Below the pieces are notes generated by a model that searched no databases, had not been told where the DNA came from, and was given only the letters and a program-made list of their open reading frames with translations. This document shows positions 20,601-30,856 of a stretch of DNA of 64,000 nt, one piece after another (the stretch's first letter is position 1; the number at the start of each line of letters is the position of its first letter). The position numbers were made by a program, and so were the translations under genes. Location: the IMG/VR virus record IMGVR_UViG_3300047560_000921, positions 62,001 through 126,000 of that record. The stretch is one strand, 5' to 3'.

Positions 20601-23600
20601 GCATACAGTGACATGTTGTACTATGGTCCAGTAAAGAGTTCAGTTAGCTATGTTATCAATGATTTGGCACCAGCCACTGTGACCTACGCATTACCAATCG
20701 CCGTTGACACTACAGATCCGTACCGTAATCATGTTTACGTTTACGTTGACAATGTAATTAAAACACAAGGTGTGGATTATATCTTAAATGCAACAACAGT
20801 AGAATTCACACAACTAACAGGCCCATGCACAATTAAGATTGTTGTATACGAAACAAAAGATAATTGCTTCGTACCAACATCATTGAGCAAGCTAGGTATG
20901 GCACCTGTATATTGCCCACAAGTTATCGTAGACAGTACTTACCCTACACCAACTAGCTTTATACAATGCCACGATGGTAGCATGATTGTAGCGTACAACG
21001 ATTACCGTGATGCAATCATTTACGAATTTGAAACAAGAATTTACAACAATATTTGCGACAAGTTTAAGGAAAAGCGTTTCCCATGGGCAAACGCTGAGCC
21101 AGGCGTGTTTAGAGCTACCCGTGTTACTAGAGAAGACAAAGCCAATTATCTAGGTGATTTGTTTAGACTATGGAAAACAACTAACGGTGTTAACGATTTA
21201 GATAACAGCCAGTTCTACCAACAACCTAATAAGTTTACATGGAACTACTCTACTGTTAGTAGCGGCCTGGGCGGCAGTTGGAGAAGCATTTATAAAGCGT
21301 TATACGACACTGACCGTCCGCATAGCCATCCATGGGAAATGGTGGGCTACAGTATTAAACCAACTTGGTGGGACACATACTACAGCTGGACCGATCCATA
21401 CAAGCGTCAGCCATTGATTGATGCATTACAAGCAGGTAATGTGGCTTGCCCACCTAGCATGGTAATCGACCATAAATTTGCTCGCCCTACAATGACTTTC
21501 CCTGTGGATTATGCAGGACAGTTGCAAGATCCAGTTACAGCGGGATTGTTGTCCGCACCTACACAAGAAAACGCACAGTTGAATTGGGTTGCAGGTGATA
21601 TTGGTAACCAAGAACTTGCATGGGTTCGCAGTGAAGAATATCCATGGGCAATGGCCCAATGGTACTATACTGTAGCACCTAACAAGTACATCGAAAAGTC
21701 ATGGCAACCAGAATATGCAGGTACTGACTTTTACAATACGCAATACTCTGTTAGCCAATTGCAAAATGCTAGACCAATGGTAGGCGACTACTTGTTCCAT
21801 AGAGAACTATTTGACGGCAACGTTACAGTTCGCTATGGTTTAGAAAACGTTATTGCCGAAAGTTTAATCAGCGATAGCAAAACATTGGCTGATTACTTCT
21901 ACGACCTGATTCGTTATGCAACAGTGCAGAACATCTTTAAGGTTGGCGGTTTTGCTGACAAGCGTAACTTAACGTTCCTTGCAGATAGCTTGAAGACACA
22001 AAGCGGTGGCAACTTCATCCCTGAAGAAAATTACAACTTAACCTTCTACAAAGGTACTCCATACAAAGAGTTCTTCTACAGTGGTGTTAAGGTAGTTTAC
22101 AACGGCACTGGATATGAAGTACAAGGTTATGACTTTGTAAATCCATACTTTACAGTATACAAGCCAAAGAACTCTAGCCGTGTAACAGAATTTACATACG
22201 GTAACATTACAGTTAAAGAAGCACTAGACTGGGAAACAACTGCTAGTACAGTTGACTACGGCACTACATTTAACAGCAGAGAAGGCGTTGTTAACTTCCT
22301 ATTAGGATTACAACGTTGGATCTTGGAACAAGGCGTTGTGTTCACCGATTATGACAGCAACATGAACAGCATTAAAGACTTCCGTCAAAGTGCTCAACAG
22401 TTCTTGTTCTGGAGCGAAACAAAGTGGACAGATGGATACTATATTGCCCTAAGCCCATGTGCCAACAAGTTAGTAATTCAAAACCCACAAGGTTTCGTAG
22501 AAGACTTTAATCAATTAAGCAGAGGCTTTGCTCCTCTAATTGATAAGGACAAAGTGCCATTGGATGTTAGCAACGTTCGTGTAACTCGTGCAGACGACGG
22601 CGTAACAACAGTTACAACAAAGAGCGACCAAACTGGTTTGTTTGGTGTTCGTATCCGTATTATCGACATTGAACATGCTGTAGTATTCGATAACATTACT
22701 GCGTTTAACGACATTGTATACGATCCTATCCTACGACTAAAACAGTACCGCTTGAAGTTTATCGGACAGCGTACTGCTGATTGGATGGGTCGTCCAAGTG
22801 CTCCTGGTTACTTGATTAACGGTAGCACAGTGATTGCTAACTACGATAGAACAATTAGCGATATGGAAACCAGATACTTCAACGTTGAAGGTAGTACATT
22901 GAACACACGTTTAGTTGAAACTGCACGTCACAACTTGGGTATCAACACTACGAGCTACTTAGATAACTTGTTACTGAACCCAAGCGTGGCGTTTGAATTC
23001 CAACGCGGCATGATTCGTCAGCAAGGTACTCCTGCGGTATACAACAAGCTATTGCGTAACACAAACGTTGAAGGCACAATTAGCACATTACAAGAACTTC
23101 AAGTAGATGAAGAATGGATGTTTAAGCTAGGTGAGTTTGGTGCAAACGAAACACAAACGTCGTGGGAATTGCAATTAAGACAACGTGAATTTAAAGACAA
23201 TAAACAGTTGTTTAGATTCCTACCTGACTATGACCCTAATACTGAACGTAGTAATGTTGACAGAAGCACTGATAGAGTTATTGATGTTATGTCGTCCGAC
23301 AATCGTTGGATTGATAGACCTGGTACAAGTAATTTAGAATTCCCTGTTCGTAAGAAAACAGAGATGACCGACGACCAAAACGAAATCGTATTTGATACAG
23401 ACTTGCCTAACGCTGGCTTTATTAACTTTGATGATGTAGACTTTGTAACCAGTGACGCTACTACTGTTGTAGATTTATACGACAGTATAGATGTTTCTAC
23501 TAAGCCTACTATTTGGTTAGGTAACTATAAAGAAGGTAACTGGAGTGTAATTGCACAACAGAATTCATACACTATTGTTGAAATCGTAAAAGCAGATGCT

Positions 23601-26600
23601 AGCCCAACCGGTGCAACAAACGTAGTGTTCGATACAGCTCATAGCTTTGTTGTTGGTGATGTGTTATACATTACTGGTAGCGACAGTAGTGCAATCATTG
23701 ATGGCATAGTAACAGTGGCTAAAGTAGTAGACACCTTAACCGTTCAAATTTCTACTATTATCACTGACGCAGGTACAACGGGTACTGCATACTTGTATGC
23801 TCCGGTGGTATTTGAAACTAAAGCAGAACTTGAAGCTACCCTAGACAATACTCGTTACAATTGGATTGACAACGAACTAGCCTATGTAAAAGAAGACGCA
23901 GGTTACACAGTATATCAGTGGCAAAGCGAATATCGTACTGGCGACGATATCACTATGATTCCTGTACTATATCAAGCGTTTGATCAGTACAGCAAAGAAA
24001 CTCCTTTAGTGGATACTTACAAGATTCACGAAGCTAACATATATGACCACAAGTTAGACAGAATTTTAGTTGACTTAGAACTGTTTGATCCATACAAGGG
24101 CGTTATCCCAAGCGTAGCAGATATTGAAATTGACCACAAAGGCAGTGTAGATCCTGCACAATACGAATTCAGTACTGATGACAATGTTACAGTTAACAGC
24201 GATAGTCCATGGGGCGAACGCCAAGTTGGTACAGTATGGTGGGATACCGGCAACGTCAAGTATGTTGAGTACGAACAAGGTACACTAGACTACAGAAGTA
24301 AAAATTGGGGCAAGTTGTTTACTGGAAGTACTATTGATATATACGAATGGATCGAAACCTCAGTTGATCCAGTGGCATACAATGATGCAGTAAGTAAAGG
24401 TACTCCGGTCGACGGACAAGTTCCTAGCGGAACAGCAAAAGTAACACCAACGGCAGATATTAGCAACACTAGCTATTCTACTAAAGTGTATACTACTGAA
24501 ACGGGTGCAGATGCAACCAAGTATTATTTCTGGGTGAAGAACAAAACTACATTGCCTGGCAATCGTAGAGAACGTCGTATACCTGTAGCTAGCTTGGCTA
24601 GCATAATTACTGACCCAACTAACAACGGTATCAGTTGGTTTGCTCCTATTAGCAAAGACTCGTTCATTGTTGCTAACGTATCACAGTTCTTAAACGACAC
24701 TACGACTAGTTTGCAAATCAAGTTCAAGTCAGATGAAACAAACGTACACAGCCAATGGATGATCCTGCGCGAAAACGATGGCACTGTTGGTATTCCTGAA
24801 TGGCTACACATCAGACTGCGTGACAGTTTAGTTGGTTACGACAGTACGACTTATGTGGCAGACTACACTACATACCAAGCTAATACAGCGTATGTGTTTG
24901 GTTCGATTGTTAAACAAAACAACAGCTTCTATAGAGCTTATAGAACATTCACAGACGATGATGTTACAAAAGCGTTTGGACAACAGCCGTTCTATAAGTT
25001 GTATGAGTACACATTGCTGGCTAACAATACAATTAGAATGCCATTGCCAAATGACGTACCTGATCCAAGATTGAATCAGTTTAATCGTTACGGTAACCGT
25101 ATTCGTCCTACACAACAAAGCTGGATTAGAAACCGTAGTGAAGCTCGCAGAAACTTTGTAGAAGTTGCTAACCAGTTGTTGGCAAAGATTGACCTAGTAA
25201 ACACAGTAGCTAATTGGGATGACCATTTGCATGATTTTACTAAAGGCGAGTACGACTATCAATTGACTAAGTTCTGGGATTACATTGATTATGTAGATCC
25301 TGCTTACGACGATACAATTCCATATAGCTATGAAGTTGAAACTGAACAACAAATTTATCAGTTAACTGCAACGCTAAACAATGGCGACTATGTTTTAGTT
25401 AAGAACGATGCCATTGGTAAGTTTGCAGTATATGAATATGTCGATGAGCAACAAGTTCTTCGTTACAGAAAGAACGGAACCATTGCTTTCAAAGAGATTT
25501 TATTCAATAGTCAAAAGCAACAAGATACATGGGATGCAGGTCCATGGGACTTTAAACAATGGGACCCAGAGCCAAGCCAAGAGTTTTATGAAATCTTAAC
25601 TGCATTGCGCGAAGATATCTTCATCAATCAGTATGCAACATACTATAACAAACTATTCTTTGCTATGGTACGTTATGTATACAGTGAACACAACCGTGTT
25701 GAATGGATTGCAAAGAGTACTTACTTACACGTTGATAACTTGGCGGTAAAAGGCTTGGAGCAAAAGCCATTCTACGAAAAAGATACAGTAGAACAGTTTG
25801 TTGACTATATTGACCAAACTAAGCCGTATCGTAGCAAGTTGCGCGAAGTACTAGATACACGTAACGTAGACGACAGCGGTGACGTAACTGCTGAAGATTA
25901 TGTATACCCGCACGTTACATTGAGATTTAACAGAACAGGACAAGGTCCAAGTTTAGTTAACACAATTAACGCTAACGTAGATGTTGAAGCGGGTATATTA
26001 ACTACCATGGACTTCAACACATACGAGCCAGGACAAAACCGTCGTCCATGGGACTTCCCAGGTGTTGGTTTAGATCCAACCCGCGAACAGTTAGAAGCAT
26101 TATTAGATGCAGTATACAATGGCGGTGATTTTGGTATTTTACCAGAACAGCTACAAATTGCCATCGACGGTGCACCATTCAATATCCAACGTTTGGAACA
26201 AAACCCAGACGAAGAATTGGCTATTTTACGTGCCGGCGACGCATTAGAAATTCTAGTAGAAACACGCTACTTAAAAGATACGCCTCCTGCCCCAGGAGAA
26301 AGCGAATACGAAACTTACAGTTTCCGTATGCTTAAAGCGTTAAATAATGAGTGGTCCTACAGTAGAATTGCTAACGATGCTAAGACAACATTAGTAACAG
26401 CAATAACTCCAGAAAGCGAGTACATTGAAGTTGCAGATGCTACCCGACTAAGCGGCGTTGATATTACGTTTAGACGCCCAGGTATTATATTCATTGGCGG
26501 CGAGCGTATTGAATACTATGAAGCTAACGGAAATGTGCTAGGTAAACTAGTACGTGGAACACTAGGTACAGGTGCTGCCAACCACAGCGCAGGTGCTATT

Positions 26601-26771
26601 GTAATGGATGCAGATCCATTACAAACAATTCCTGTAGAAAGAGAACGTACAGGGGCTATTATTTTCAACAAGCCTACTGTGATTTTCAACGAACTAGGAA
26701 AAACTATGAAAGAAAGCCGCACGTTGGCTACTATTTTCATCACTGAAAAACAGGGTGATTTAAATAGGTAA
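17643..26771 (+). CDS. Giant virion structural protein (baseplate wedge/gp7-like), 3042 aa
   Basis: Follows gp6; N-terminal FLPGYF.T..N.KFL; contains a GTGY beta repeat, a CBM-like YQANTAY..GSIV....FYRA segment and a C-terminal RGTLGT...H..G motif. Confidence 0.7.
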   Translation: MAEKKNFSAQPVVASKNTVPGEASGNEILQTSNFLPGYFRTDTNVKFLSTTLDKLVSKGTPEDINLYVGKKSGTVYRPTKDFYLEENRSIRADYQLEPGVVFKDIDGTITNALAYDDFMDQLKLNWSKTKPDYLDSEYYIWNPPIDTDMFTNFTSYYWLKFDPLPIQLEGTINVTTDIIGKLQYTTPVQPNGKTLTFHNGMKVYFINKNAITSFSGQNPGTGYTNGYYAGVTLVGQTEDVTGAGVKVNLTVAGGAVTEVELVEGGQGYKVGDMLRCGPNIIGAGTNFSVTVTAITAPTVTPSEYVSDPDPLADPTYFIVSGVGDSIKLVPSAHLDARTPYTMLAYVPWDGVNWDRKKWDTSEPAPIQKEYIVMERGAKDQNPWSRTNKWYHVDAVKAVCEFLDVNSADYLKIDQRAARPIVQFNCNIELFNYGKNPITPVDLVIDGIAPSTITSETAYTVDGITLKNDYRVVFINGNNTYNNKIFRVTGVGTGISFIAEPDNIPSADDKVFVLRGSTYIYREMWFDGFNWLLGQNKTKRDQFPLFTLYDKNAVGIGNTAEYPDSDFAGNTLFQYQIGTVYDNELGFNIAYESTNFDIIDNASPFAKTFTNIVFDVTQHNPIYYKDTLGLRSQIAGNYYYQYWDEKLGRYNQSNGWVKNSEPPKTYQRISKTVNNKLTDNVVTIPLDSTPSYSFMLTQEYGQAVFWCLSKNGEWERFDPVTNTLVVPHMDTATVLNMSGLPLTFVDDDNNPDLTIVTNNGASSGVIEITCLDKVNLRYTFNGQVGQVIVTDTYNDPRSFLVRINGYDKTVGFTYDVNNGAIDVTVDSTVLKTGDIIEILFESSLEWGTYAVHNTIEANANNETFMSVGYNQVFNHFKSKLLSTYGLEGEGYGKNNYYNIHKNAGAGWVIQQQENSSLKLAALLRLNETNPINVLRFGAEQSKIFRQKFLQKISVLVTEVDVVELTTAELLDKALTDINVGKSHDFTHAYSDMLYYGPVKSSVSYVINDLAPATVTYALPIAVDTTDPYRNHVYVYVDNVIKTQGVDYILNATTVEFTQLTGPCTIKIVVYETKDNCFVPTSLSKLGMAPVYCPQVIVDSTYPTPTSFIQCHDGSMIVAYNDYRDAIIYEFETRIYNNICDKFKEKRFPWANAEPGVFRATRVTREDKANYLGDLFRLWKTTNGVNDLDNSQFYQQPNKFTWNYSTVSSGLGGSWRSIYKALYDTDRPHSHPWEMVGYSIKPTWWDTYYSWTDPYKRQPLIDALQAGNVACPPSMVIDHKFARPTMTFPVDYAGQLQDPVTAGLLSAPTQENAQLNWVAGDIGNQELAWVRSEEYPWAMAQWYYTVAPNKYIEKSWQPEYAGTDFYNTQYSVSQLQNARPMVGDYLFHRELFDGNVTVRYGLENVIAESLISDSKTLADYFYDLIRYATVQNIFKVGGFADKRNLTFLADSLKTQSGGNFIPEENYNLTFYKGTPYKEFFYSGVKVVYNGTGYEVQGYDFVNPYFTVYKPKNSSRVTEFTYGNITVKEALDWETTASTVDYGTTFNSREGVVNFLLGLQRWILEQGVVFTDYDSNMNSIKDFRQSAQQFLFWSETKWTDGYYIALSPCANKLVIQNPQGFVEDFNQLSRGFAPLIDKDKVPLDVSNVRVTRADDGVTTVTTKSDQTGLFGVRIRIIDIEHAVVFDNITAFNDIVYDPILRLKQYRLKFIGQRTADWMGRPSAPGYLINGSTVIANYDRTISDMETRYFNVEGSTLNTRLVETARHNLGINTTSYLDNLLLNPSVAFEFQRGMIRQQGTPAVYNKLLRNTNVEGTISTLQELQVDEEWMFKLGEFGANETQTSWELQLRQREFKDNKQLFRFLPDYDPNTERSNVDRSTDRVIDVMSSDNRWIDRPGTSNLEFPVRKKTEMTDDQNEIVFDTDLPNAGFINFDDVDFVTSDATTVVDLYDSIDVSTKPTIWLGNYKEGNWSVIAQQNSYTIVEIVKADASPTGATNVVFDTAHSFVVGDVLYITGSDSSAIIDGIVTVAKVVDTLTVQISTIITDAGTTGTAYLYAPVVFETKAELEATLDNTRYNWIDNELAYVKEDAGYTVYQWQSEYRTGDDITMIPVLYQAFDQYSKETPLVDTYKIHEANIYDHKLDRILVDLELFDPYKGVIPSVADIEIDHKGSVDPAQYEFSTDDNVTVNSDSPWGERQVGTVWWDTGNVKYVEYEQGTLDYRSKNWGKLFTGSTIDIYEWIETSVDPVAYNDAVSKGTPVDGQVPSGTAKVTPTADISNTSYSTKVYTTETGADATKYYFWVKNKTTLPGNRRERRIPVASLASIITDPTNNGISWFAPISKDSFIVANVSQFLNDTTTSLQIKFKSDETNVHSQWMILRENDGTVGIPEWLHIRLRDSLVGYDSTTYVADYTTYQANTAYVFGSIVKQNNSFYRAYRTFTDDDVTKAFGQQPFYKLYEYTLLANNTIRMPLPNDVPDPRLNQFNRYGNRIRPTQQSWIRNRSEARRNFVEVANQLLAKIDLVNTVANWDDHLHDFTKGEYDYQLTKFWDYIDYVDPAYDDTIPYSYEVETEQQIYQLTATLNNGDYVLVKNDAIGKFAVYEYVDEQQVLRYRKNGTIAFKEILFNSQKQQDTWDAGPWDFKQWDPEPSQEFYEILTALREDIFINQYATYYNKLFFAMVRYVYSEHNRVEWIAKSTYLHVDNLAVKGLEQKPFYEKDTVEQFVDYIDQTKPYRSKLREVLDTRNVDDSGDVTAEDYVYPHVTLRFNRTGQGPSLVNTINANVDVEAGILTTMDFNTYEPGQNRRPWDFPGVGLDPTREQLEALLDAVYNGGDFGILPEQLQIAIDGAPFNIQRLEQNPDEELAILRAGDALEILVETRYLKDTPPAPGESEYETYSFRMLKALNNEWSYSRIANDAKTTLVTAITPESEYIEVADATRLSGVDITFRRPGIIFIGGERIEYYEANGNVLGKLVRGTLGTGAANHSAGAIVMDADPLQTIPVERERTGAIIFNKPTVIFNELGKTMKESRTLATIFITEKQGDLNR

Positions 26772-26795
26772 ATATGTAAAATAAAAGGCAAAACC

Positions 26796-27443
26796 ATGTT
26801 ACCAAATGAAAATGCAAATCTAAAAATAGAAGGACATTTGAAAGTATTTGACCCAGCAACGGGTCAAGTATTTGTGAATCAGCGCAATGCAATTAACCCA
26901 GAAAACCTGAGTATTGCACTGGCACAGAGCCTAGCTTATGCTCACACAAGTCCAACAACACGAATCGGTCCTATCTTTGAAATGCACTTCGGCAACGGCG
27001 GAACTGTTATTGACTCTATGGGCGTTATTACGTACAAGGGCTCTAATGTTAGCGGCCAAAACGAAGATTTATACAGTCCTACATTTTTTAAAGTAGTTGA
27101 CGGCAACGATACTGTTAATAACACAGATACTACTAGCAATTTTATTACGTTTGAGCACATTAATGGCTTAACTTACAGTGATATTGTTGTTAACTGTGTT
27201 ATTGACTATAACGAACCTGCTGTGGGAGACACTACTTTTAACTTGGCAGGACAGTCGCAAGATGCTTTAGATAATGCTAGTACATTTGATGGCTCATTTG
27301 TATTTGACGAGATTGGCTTAAAAAGCAAAGGAACAACACTGAACGGTGGCTTATTGTTAACTCACGTTACATTCCACCCAGTACAAAAGTCCGCAAATAG
27401 ACTCTTGCAAGTACGTTACACTATACGAATTAGAGTGGCCTAA
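26796..27443 (+). CDS. Virion structural protein (baseplate/fibre-attachment type)
   Basis: FGNGG, FDEIGL and HPVQKSANR motifs; position in the tail module. Confidence 0.6.
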   Translation: MLPNENANLKIEGHLKVFDPATGQVFVNQRNAINPENLSIALAQSLAYAHTSPTTRIGPIFEMHFGNGGTVIDSMGVITYKGSNVSGQNEDLYSPTFFKVVDGNDTVNNTDTTSNFITFEHINGLTYSDIVVNCVIDYNEPAVGDTTFNLAGQSQDALDNASTFDGSFVFDEIGLKSKGTTLNGGLLLTHVTFHPVQKSANRLLQVRYTIRIRVA

Positions 27444-27476
27444 GGTTGGTTAAATATAATATAACGAGGAATTAAG

Positions 27477-28529
27477 ATGGCATATGATGTCAATAAAACA
27501 GATGGTACGCTACTGACAAGTATTGCTGATGGCACCTTGGATGTTAGCACCAGCATTAGGCTAGTAGGTAAAAACTACGCAGGCTATGGCGAAGTAATGG
27601 CTGAAAACCTAGTAGCAATGCTAGAAAACTTTTCATACCCTACGGCTCCTGCTAATCCTGTTGTCGGACAACTTTGGTTCAACAAAGGCAACAAGGCATT
27701 AAGCGTATTTGATACTAGTGGTGCATGGAAAGAAATTGCCAACAGATATATCAGAGATTCTGAGCCAATCGTCGACGGTAACAGAACTGGTGACTTTTGG
27801 TTTAATCCTACTACAAAGACATTGTACGTTTGGGACGGATCTAAGTGGGTAATGTTAGGATTCCCTGACAGTAACACTATTGTATATTCTAGTATTCGTG
27901 ACGTTAACGGTTTATACCATGATGTTATTATTCACTATAATACTGAAAAAGTTCCAGCTGATCCGTTATACCCAACAGTAAACATTACAGCTACTAAGTT
28001 GATTATGGCAATTATGAGTGCAGACGAGTTTACTCCTGCTACTACAGAAACAGCCATTATCGGCGAGTTCCCAACGATCGGCAAAGGTATGAACTTACCA
28101 ATCCGCACAGGAGTTAAGTTCCGCGGTGTTGCTGTACAAGCAGAATTTGCTGACGTTGCAGAATATTATGAATCAGATGTTCCTTATAGTCCAGGAACAG
28201 TGGTTAAATTGGGCGGAGAAAAAGAAGTCACACAAACACAAAGCGAAGCAGACGACCAAGTGTTTGGTGTTGTTTCTACTGACCCAGCGTTTATACTTAA
28301 CGGTGCTGGCTTGCGTAAAGGTGCGGCACTTCCAGTAGCATTAACAGGTCGTGTACCAGTGCAAGTAATTGGCCCAGTATGGAAAGGCGCTAGATTAGTT
28401 TCTAGCCATATCCCAGGCGTTGCAAAAGCAGTTGAGCGACCAGACCCCTACACAGTAATTGGTCGATCACTTGCAAATTCAGATGATCAAGGAATACGAT
28501 CAATCGAGGCTGTTGTAGGAGTACGTTAA
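27477..28529 (+). CDS. Tail fibre-like protein with conserved C-terminal domain
   Basis: LVGKNYAGYGE..AEN...LENF, two GQLW/GDFW fibre repeats, ADVAEYY...GVVSTDP..VALTGRVPV C-terminus. Confidence 0.7.
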   Translation: MAYDVNKTDGTLLTSIADGTLDVSTSIRLVGKNYAGYGEVMAENLVAMLENFSYPTAPANPVVGQLWFNKGNKALSVFDTSGAWKEIANRYIRDSEPIVDGNRTGDFWFNPTTKTLYVWDGSKWVMLGFPDSNTIVYSSIRDVNGLYHDVIIHYNTEKVPADPLYPTVNITATKLIMAIMSADEFTPATTETAIIGEFPTIGKGMNLPIRTGVKFRGVAVQAEFADVAEYYESDVPYSPGTVVKLGGEKEVTQTQSEADDQVFGVVSTDPAFILNGAGLRKGAALPVALTGRVPVQVIGPVWKGARLVSSHIPGVAKAVERPDPYTVIGRSLANSDDQGIRSIEAVVGVR

Positions 28530-28530
28530 A

Positions 28531-29577
28531 GTGTCAGATTTTATCCAAGGTCAAATAATAACAGCGGCTCAGTGGAATGAGCTAGCTCAGGCCGTGAATA
28601 AAATCTGGGGTGACGATATGGCCGGCGGCGGCCCAACCGCTGATCCGGTACTTAAAGAAGCATTAAAGTATGGCTGGGGACAAAGTCCGTTGGCCCAACA
28701 AGCAGTAGCAGGTAATACTATTGATCATACATTATGGAATAGTACAATTGATATTGTTAACATTTCTGCACATAATACAGGCGCCCTGGCATTAGGAACG
28801 AACTTAGCTAGAACAGCAACAGGACAAAAGATTACAGCAGCACAAGCTCAAGTGCTTAACGTCCTTAACTCACTAGTCGATGCAAATCGCAATAATTTAG
28901 TAGCGGCAAGAAAACAATTTGCCACACTAGGAACTAACTCTAGAACTGCTCCATGGAAAAATAAAATTTCCGCTGAAGTACATTATCAATTTGGTAGCTT
29001 TGACAACGCACGTTATTTCTTTAATAGTGGCGGACAGTTACGACTACATATGACGGCTAGCGGCGGATCAACCCGCGGATACCAGTCATGGCAACAAGTA
29101 TACGGAAAGCTAGGTACATTTGTTTTAGATATCAACTCTTGCACTAACACCGGCACTTATGCTGTAAGTGAAAGCAAAGGCTTCTACGAATTGTCGGCCA
29201 CAGAAACATTACTAATGACAGCTACCAGTTCGGGTAGCGGCAGTGGGTATGGCGGCTACGGCGGCTACGGCGGCTATGGGGGATACGGCTGTTATGGCGG
29301 CTACGGTGGCTACGGCGGCTATGGCGGCTACGGCGGATACGGAAGCTACTGTACATTCAGATTGAAAGTATACGGAAGATTGGTTGACAACGGCACAGTT
29401 GCTATTAGATTTGAAATGGATAGTACTGCATTTAGGATCAATGTTGACGGCACACATGTATTAACCGCCAACGTATTATATGCGGCCCCAGATACATACG
29501 GTGATGCACAATTCAATATTCCAGCTCCAAATTATTATTTGGCAGATGGATTTGACACAGCCGGCTTAGACAACTAA
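28531..29577 (+). CDS. Virion/tail-associated protein with a Gly-Tyr-Gly tract
   Basis: G..ITAAQWN collar-like repeats and ARYFFNSGG motif; GYG tract near the C-terminus. Confidence 0.65.
   Translation: MSDFIQGQIITAAQWNELAQAVNKIWGDDMAGGGPTADPVLKEALKYGWGQSPLAQQAVAGNTIDHTLWNSTIDIVNISAHNTGALALGTNLARTATGQKITAAQAQVLNVLNSLVDANRNNLVAARKQFATLGTNSRTAPWKNKISAEVHYQFGSFDNARYFFNSGGQLRLHMTASGGSTRGYQSWQQVYGKLGTFVLDINSCTNTGTYAVSESKGFYELSATETLLMTATSSGSGSGYGGYGGYGGYGGYGCYGGYGGYGGYGGYGGYGSYCTFRLKVYGRLVDNGTVAIRFEMDSTAFRINVDGTHVLTANVLYAAPDTYGDAQFNIPAPNYYLADGFDTAGLDN
29245..29352 (+). repeat. 9-bp tandem coding repeat: (GYG)5-CYG-(GYG)5-SYC
   Basis: ggc-tay-ggn units with synonymous variation; 12 Tyr in 36 codons. 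Confidence 0.95.
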
Positions 29578-29625
29578 AATAATTGCGATAAATAACTGCG
29601 TACTTAATACACAGAGAGAATCGCA

Positions 29626-29979
29626 ATGGATAAACGTCTTCAGGAAGCGTTAGACTTTAGTAACTATAGACTAACGCTATCTAATCAAAAAAACAATCTT
29701 AAACAACGAGCAGAAGTTCAAAAGCTCGTAAACCACAATAATGGAATCTTCACAGCTCGTGTAGAACAAATGGGCTACATAAGCTATTTGATTTCCAGCG
29801 GCGCAGAGCAACAGGTGTTCATGGACAACAACGATATACCTGTGCTAGTTAAAGACTTGCCTGTATTTTTAGAAAAACTTAACAGTGCATACACTATGGC
29901 TATGAATGAGTTCTTTGTGGAAAACGAAAAGCTCAAGCGCCTGCGTAATGTAAAAAGTTTGGTTAACTTAAATGAGTAA
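29626..29979 (+). CDS. Hypothetical protein, possibly a tail-fibre chaperone-like helical protein
   Basis: First gene after TAAATA at 29589; coupled to the glycosyltransferase block. Confidence 0.5.
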   Translation: MDKRLQEALDFSNYRLTLSNQKNNLKQRAEVQKLVNHNNGIFTARVEQMGYISYLISSGAEQQVFMDNNDIPVLVKDLPVFLEKLNSAYTMAMNEFFVENEKLKRLRNVKSLVNLNE

Positions 29980-30856
29980 CGGTGTAGTTCTTTTTGCCTA
30001 CACTAACGATACTATCGATTACACTAAACTAGCTGTAATGACAGCGTTGTCTGTAAAGGCAAATTTAAAAAACAATAATGTAGCATTGCTAACAGATGTA
30101 AAAACACAGGATCATTTGTTGGCAACACATCCTGCTGATTTGATTAGATATTGCTTCGACAAAATTATAGTCGAAGATTTAACACACGATGAGAATACTC
30201 GTGTACACAACGACAGTCCGTGGCATTCTTTTAGAACACAGTTTAGCAACGGTAACAAACATAACGTTTACAATTTGAGTCCATGGGATAAGAGTTTACT
30301 AATAGACGTTGATTACATTGTAAACAGTAACGCACTAGACAGTCTGTTTGATTCTGATTATGAACTTGCACTGTTCAGAAATGCAAGAGGCTTACGATGG
30401 GAATTACCACACCACGAAGAACAACGTTTACATCCTGACGGAATCGACATGTGGTGGAGCACAGTTGTATATTGGCAACGTAGTGAACCTAGTACACAGT
30501 TCTTTAATATGTGGCACCATGTTAAAGAGAACTACGACTATTACAAGTTCCTTTATAAGTTCCCTGGTAAGATGTTTAGAACAGATTATGCGTCCAGCAT
30601 AGCCATACATTTGTTAAACGGACAGCGAGAAGGTAACTGGGTTAAAGAAATTCCGCCTGGCACCATGCGTTACATGGATCAAAAAGATGAAATGGTAAGC
30701 ATCAACGGCAAGAATGATTTTACTTTCCTCAGTAACTTCCATCATGAACCATGGCGAAATTTGCCAGTGAGGCTAGTCAATGAAGATATCCATATGATGA
30801 ACAAGCTGGCGTTACTAAGGCACTATGATAAGTTTGTAAAGGAATACTATGTCTAA
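29972..30856 (+). CDS. Glycosyltransferase-like (GT-A fold)
   Basis: GVVLFA..Y.KLA...ALS, SPWDKSLLIDVDY (DxD), C-terminal HMMNK. Confidence 0.65.
   Translation: MSNGVVLFAYTNDTIDYTKLAVMTALSVKANLKNNNVALLTDVKTQDHLLATHPADLIRYCFDKIIVEDLTHDENTRVHNDSPWHSFRTQFSNGNKHNVYNLSPWDKSLLIDVDYIVNSNALDSLFDSDYELALFRNARGLRWELPHHEEQRLHPDGIDMWWSTVVYWQRSEPSTQFFNMWHHVKENYDYYKFLYKFPGKMFRTDYASSIAIHLLNGQREGNWVKEIPPGTMRYMDQKDEMVSINGKNDFTFLSNFHHEPWRNLPVRLVNEDIHMMNKLALLRHYDKFVKEYYV

Noticed and set aside
29245-29352. GYG/CYG as GFP-type chromophore tripeptides or K+ channel filter
   Set aside because: No beta-barrel or channel context; it is a low-complexity repeat
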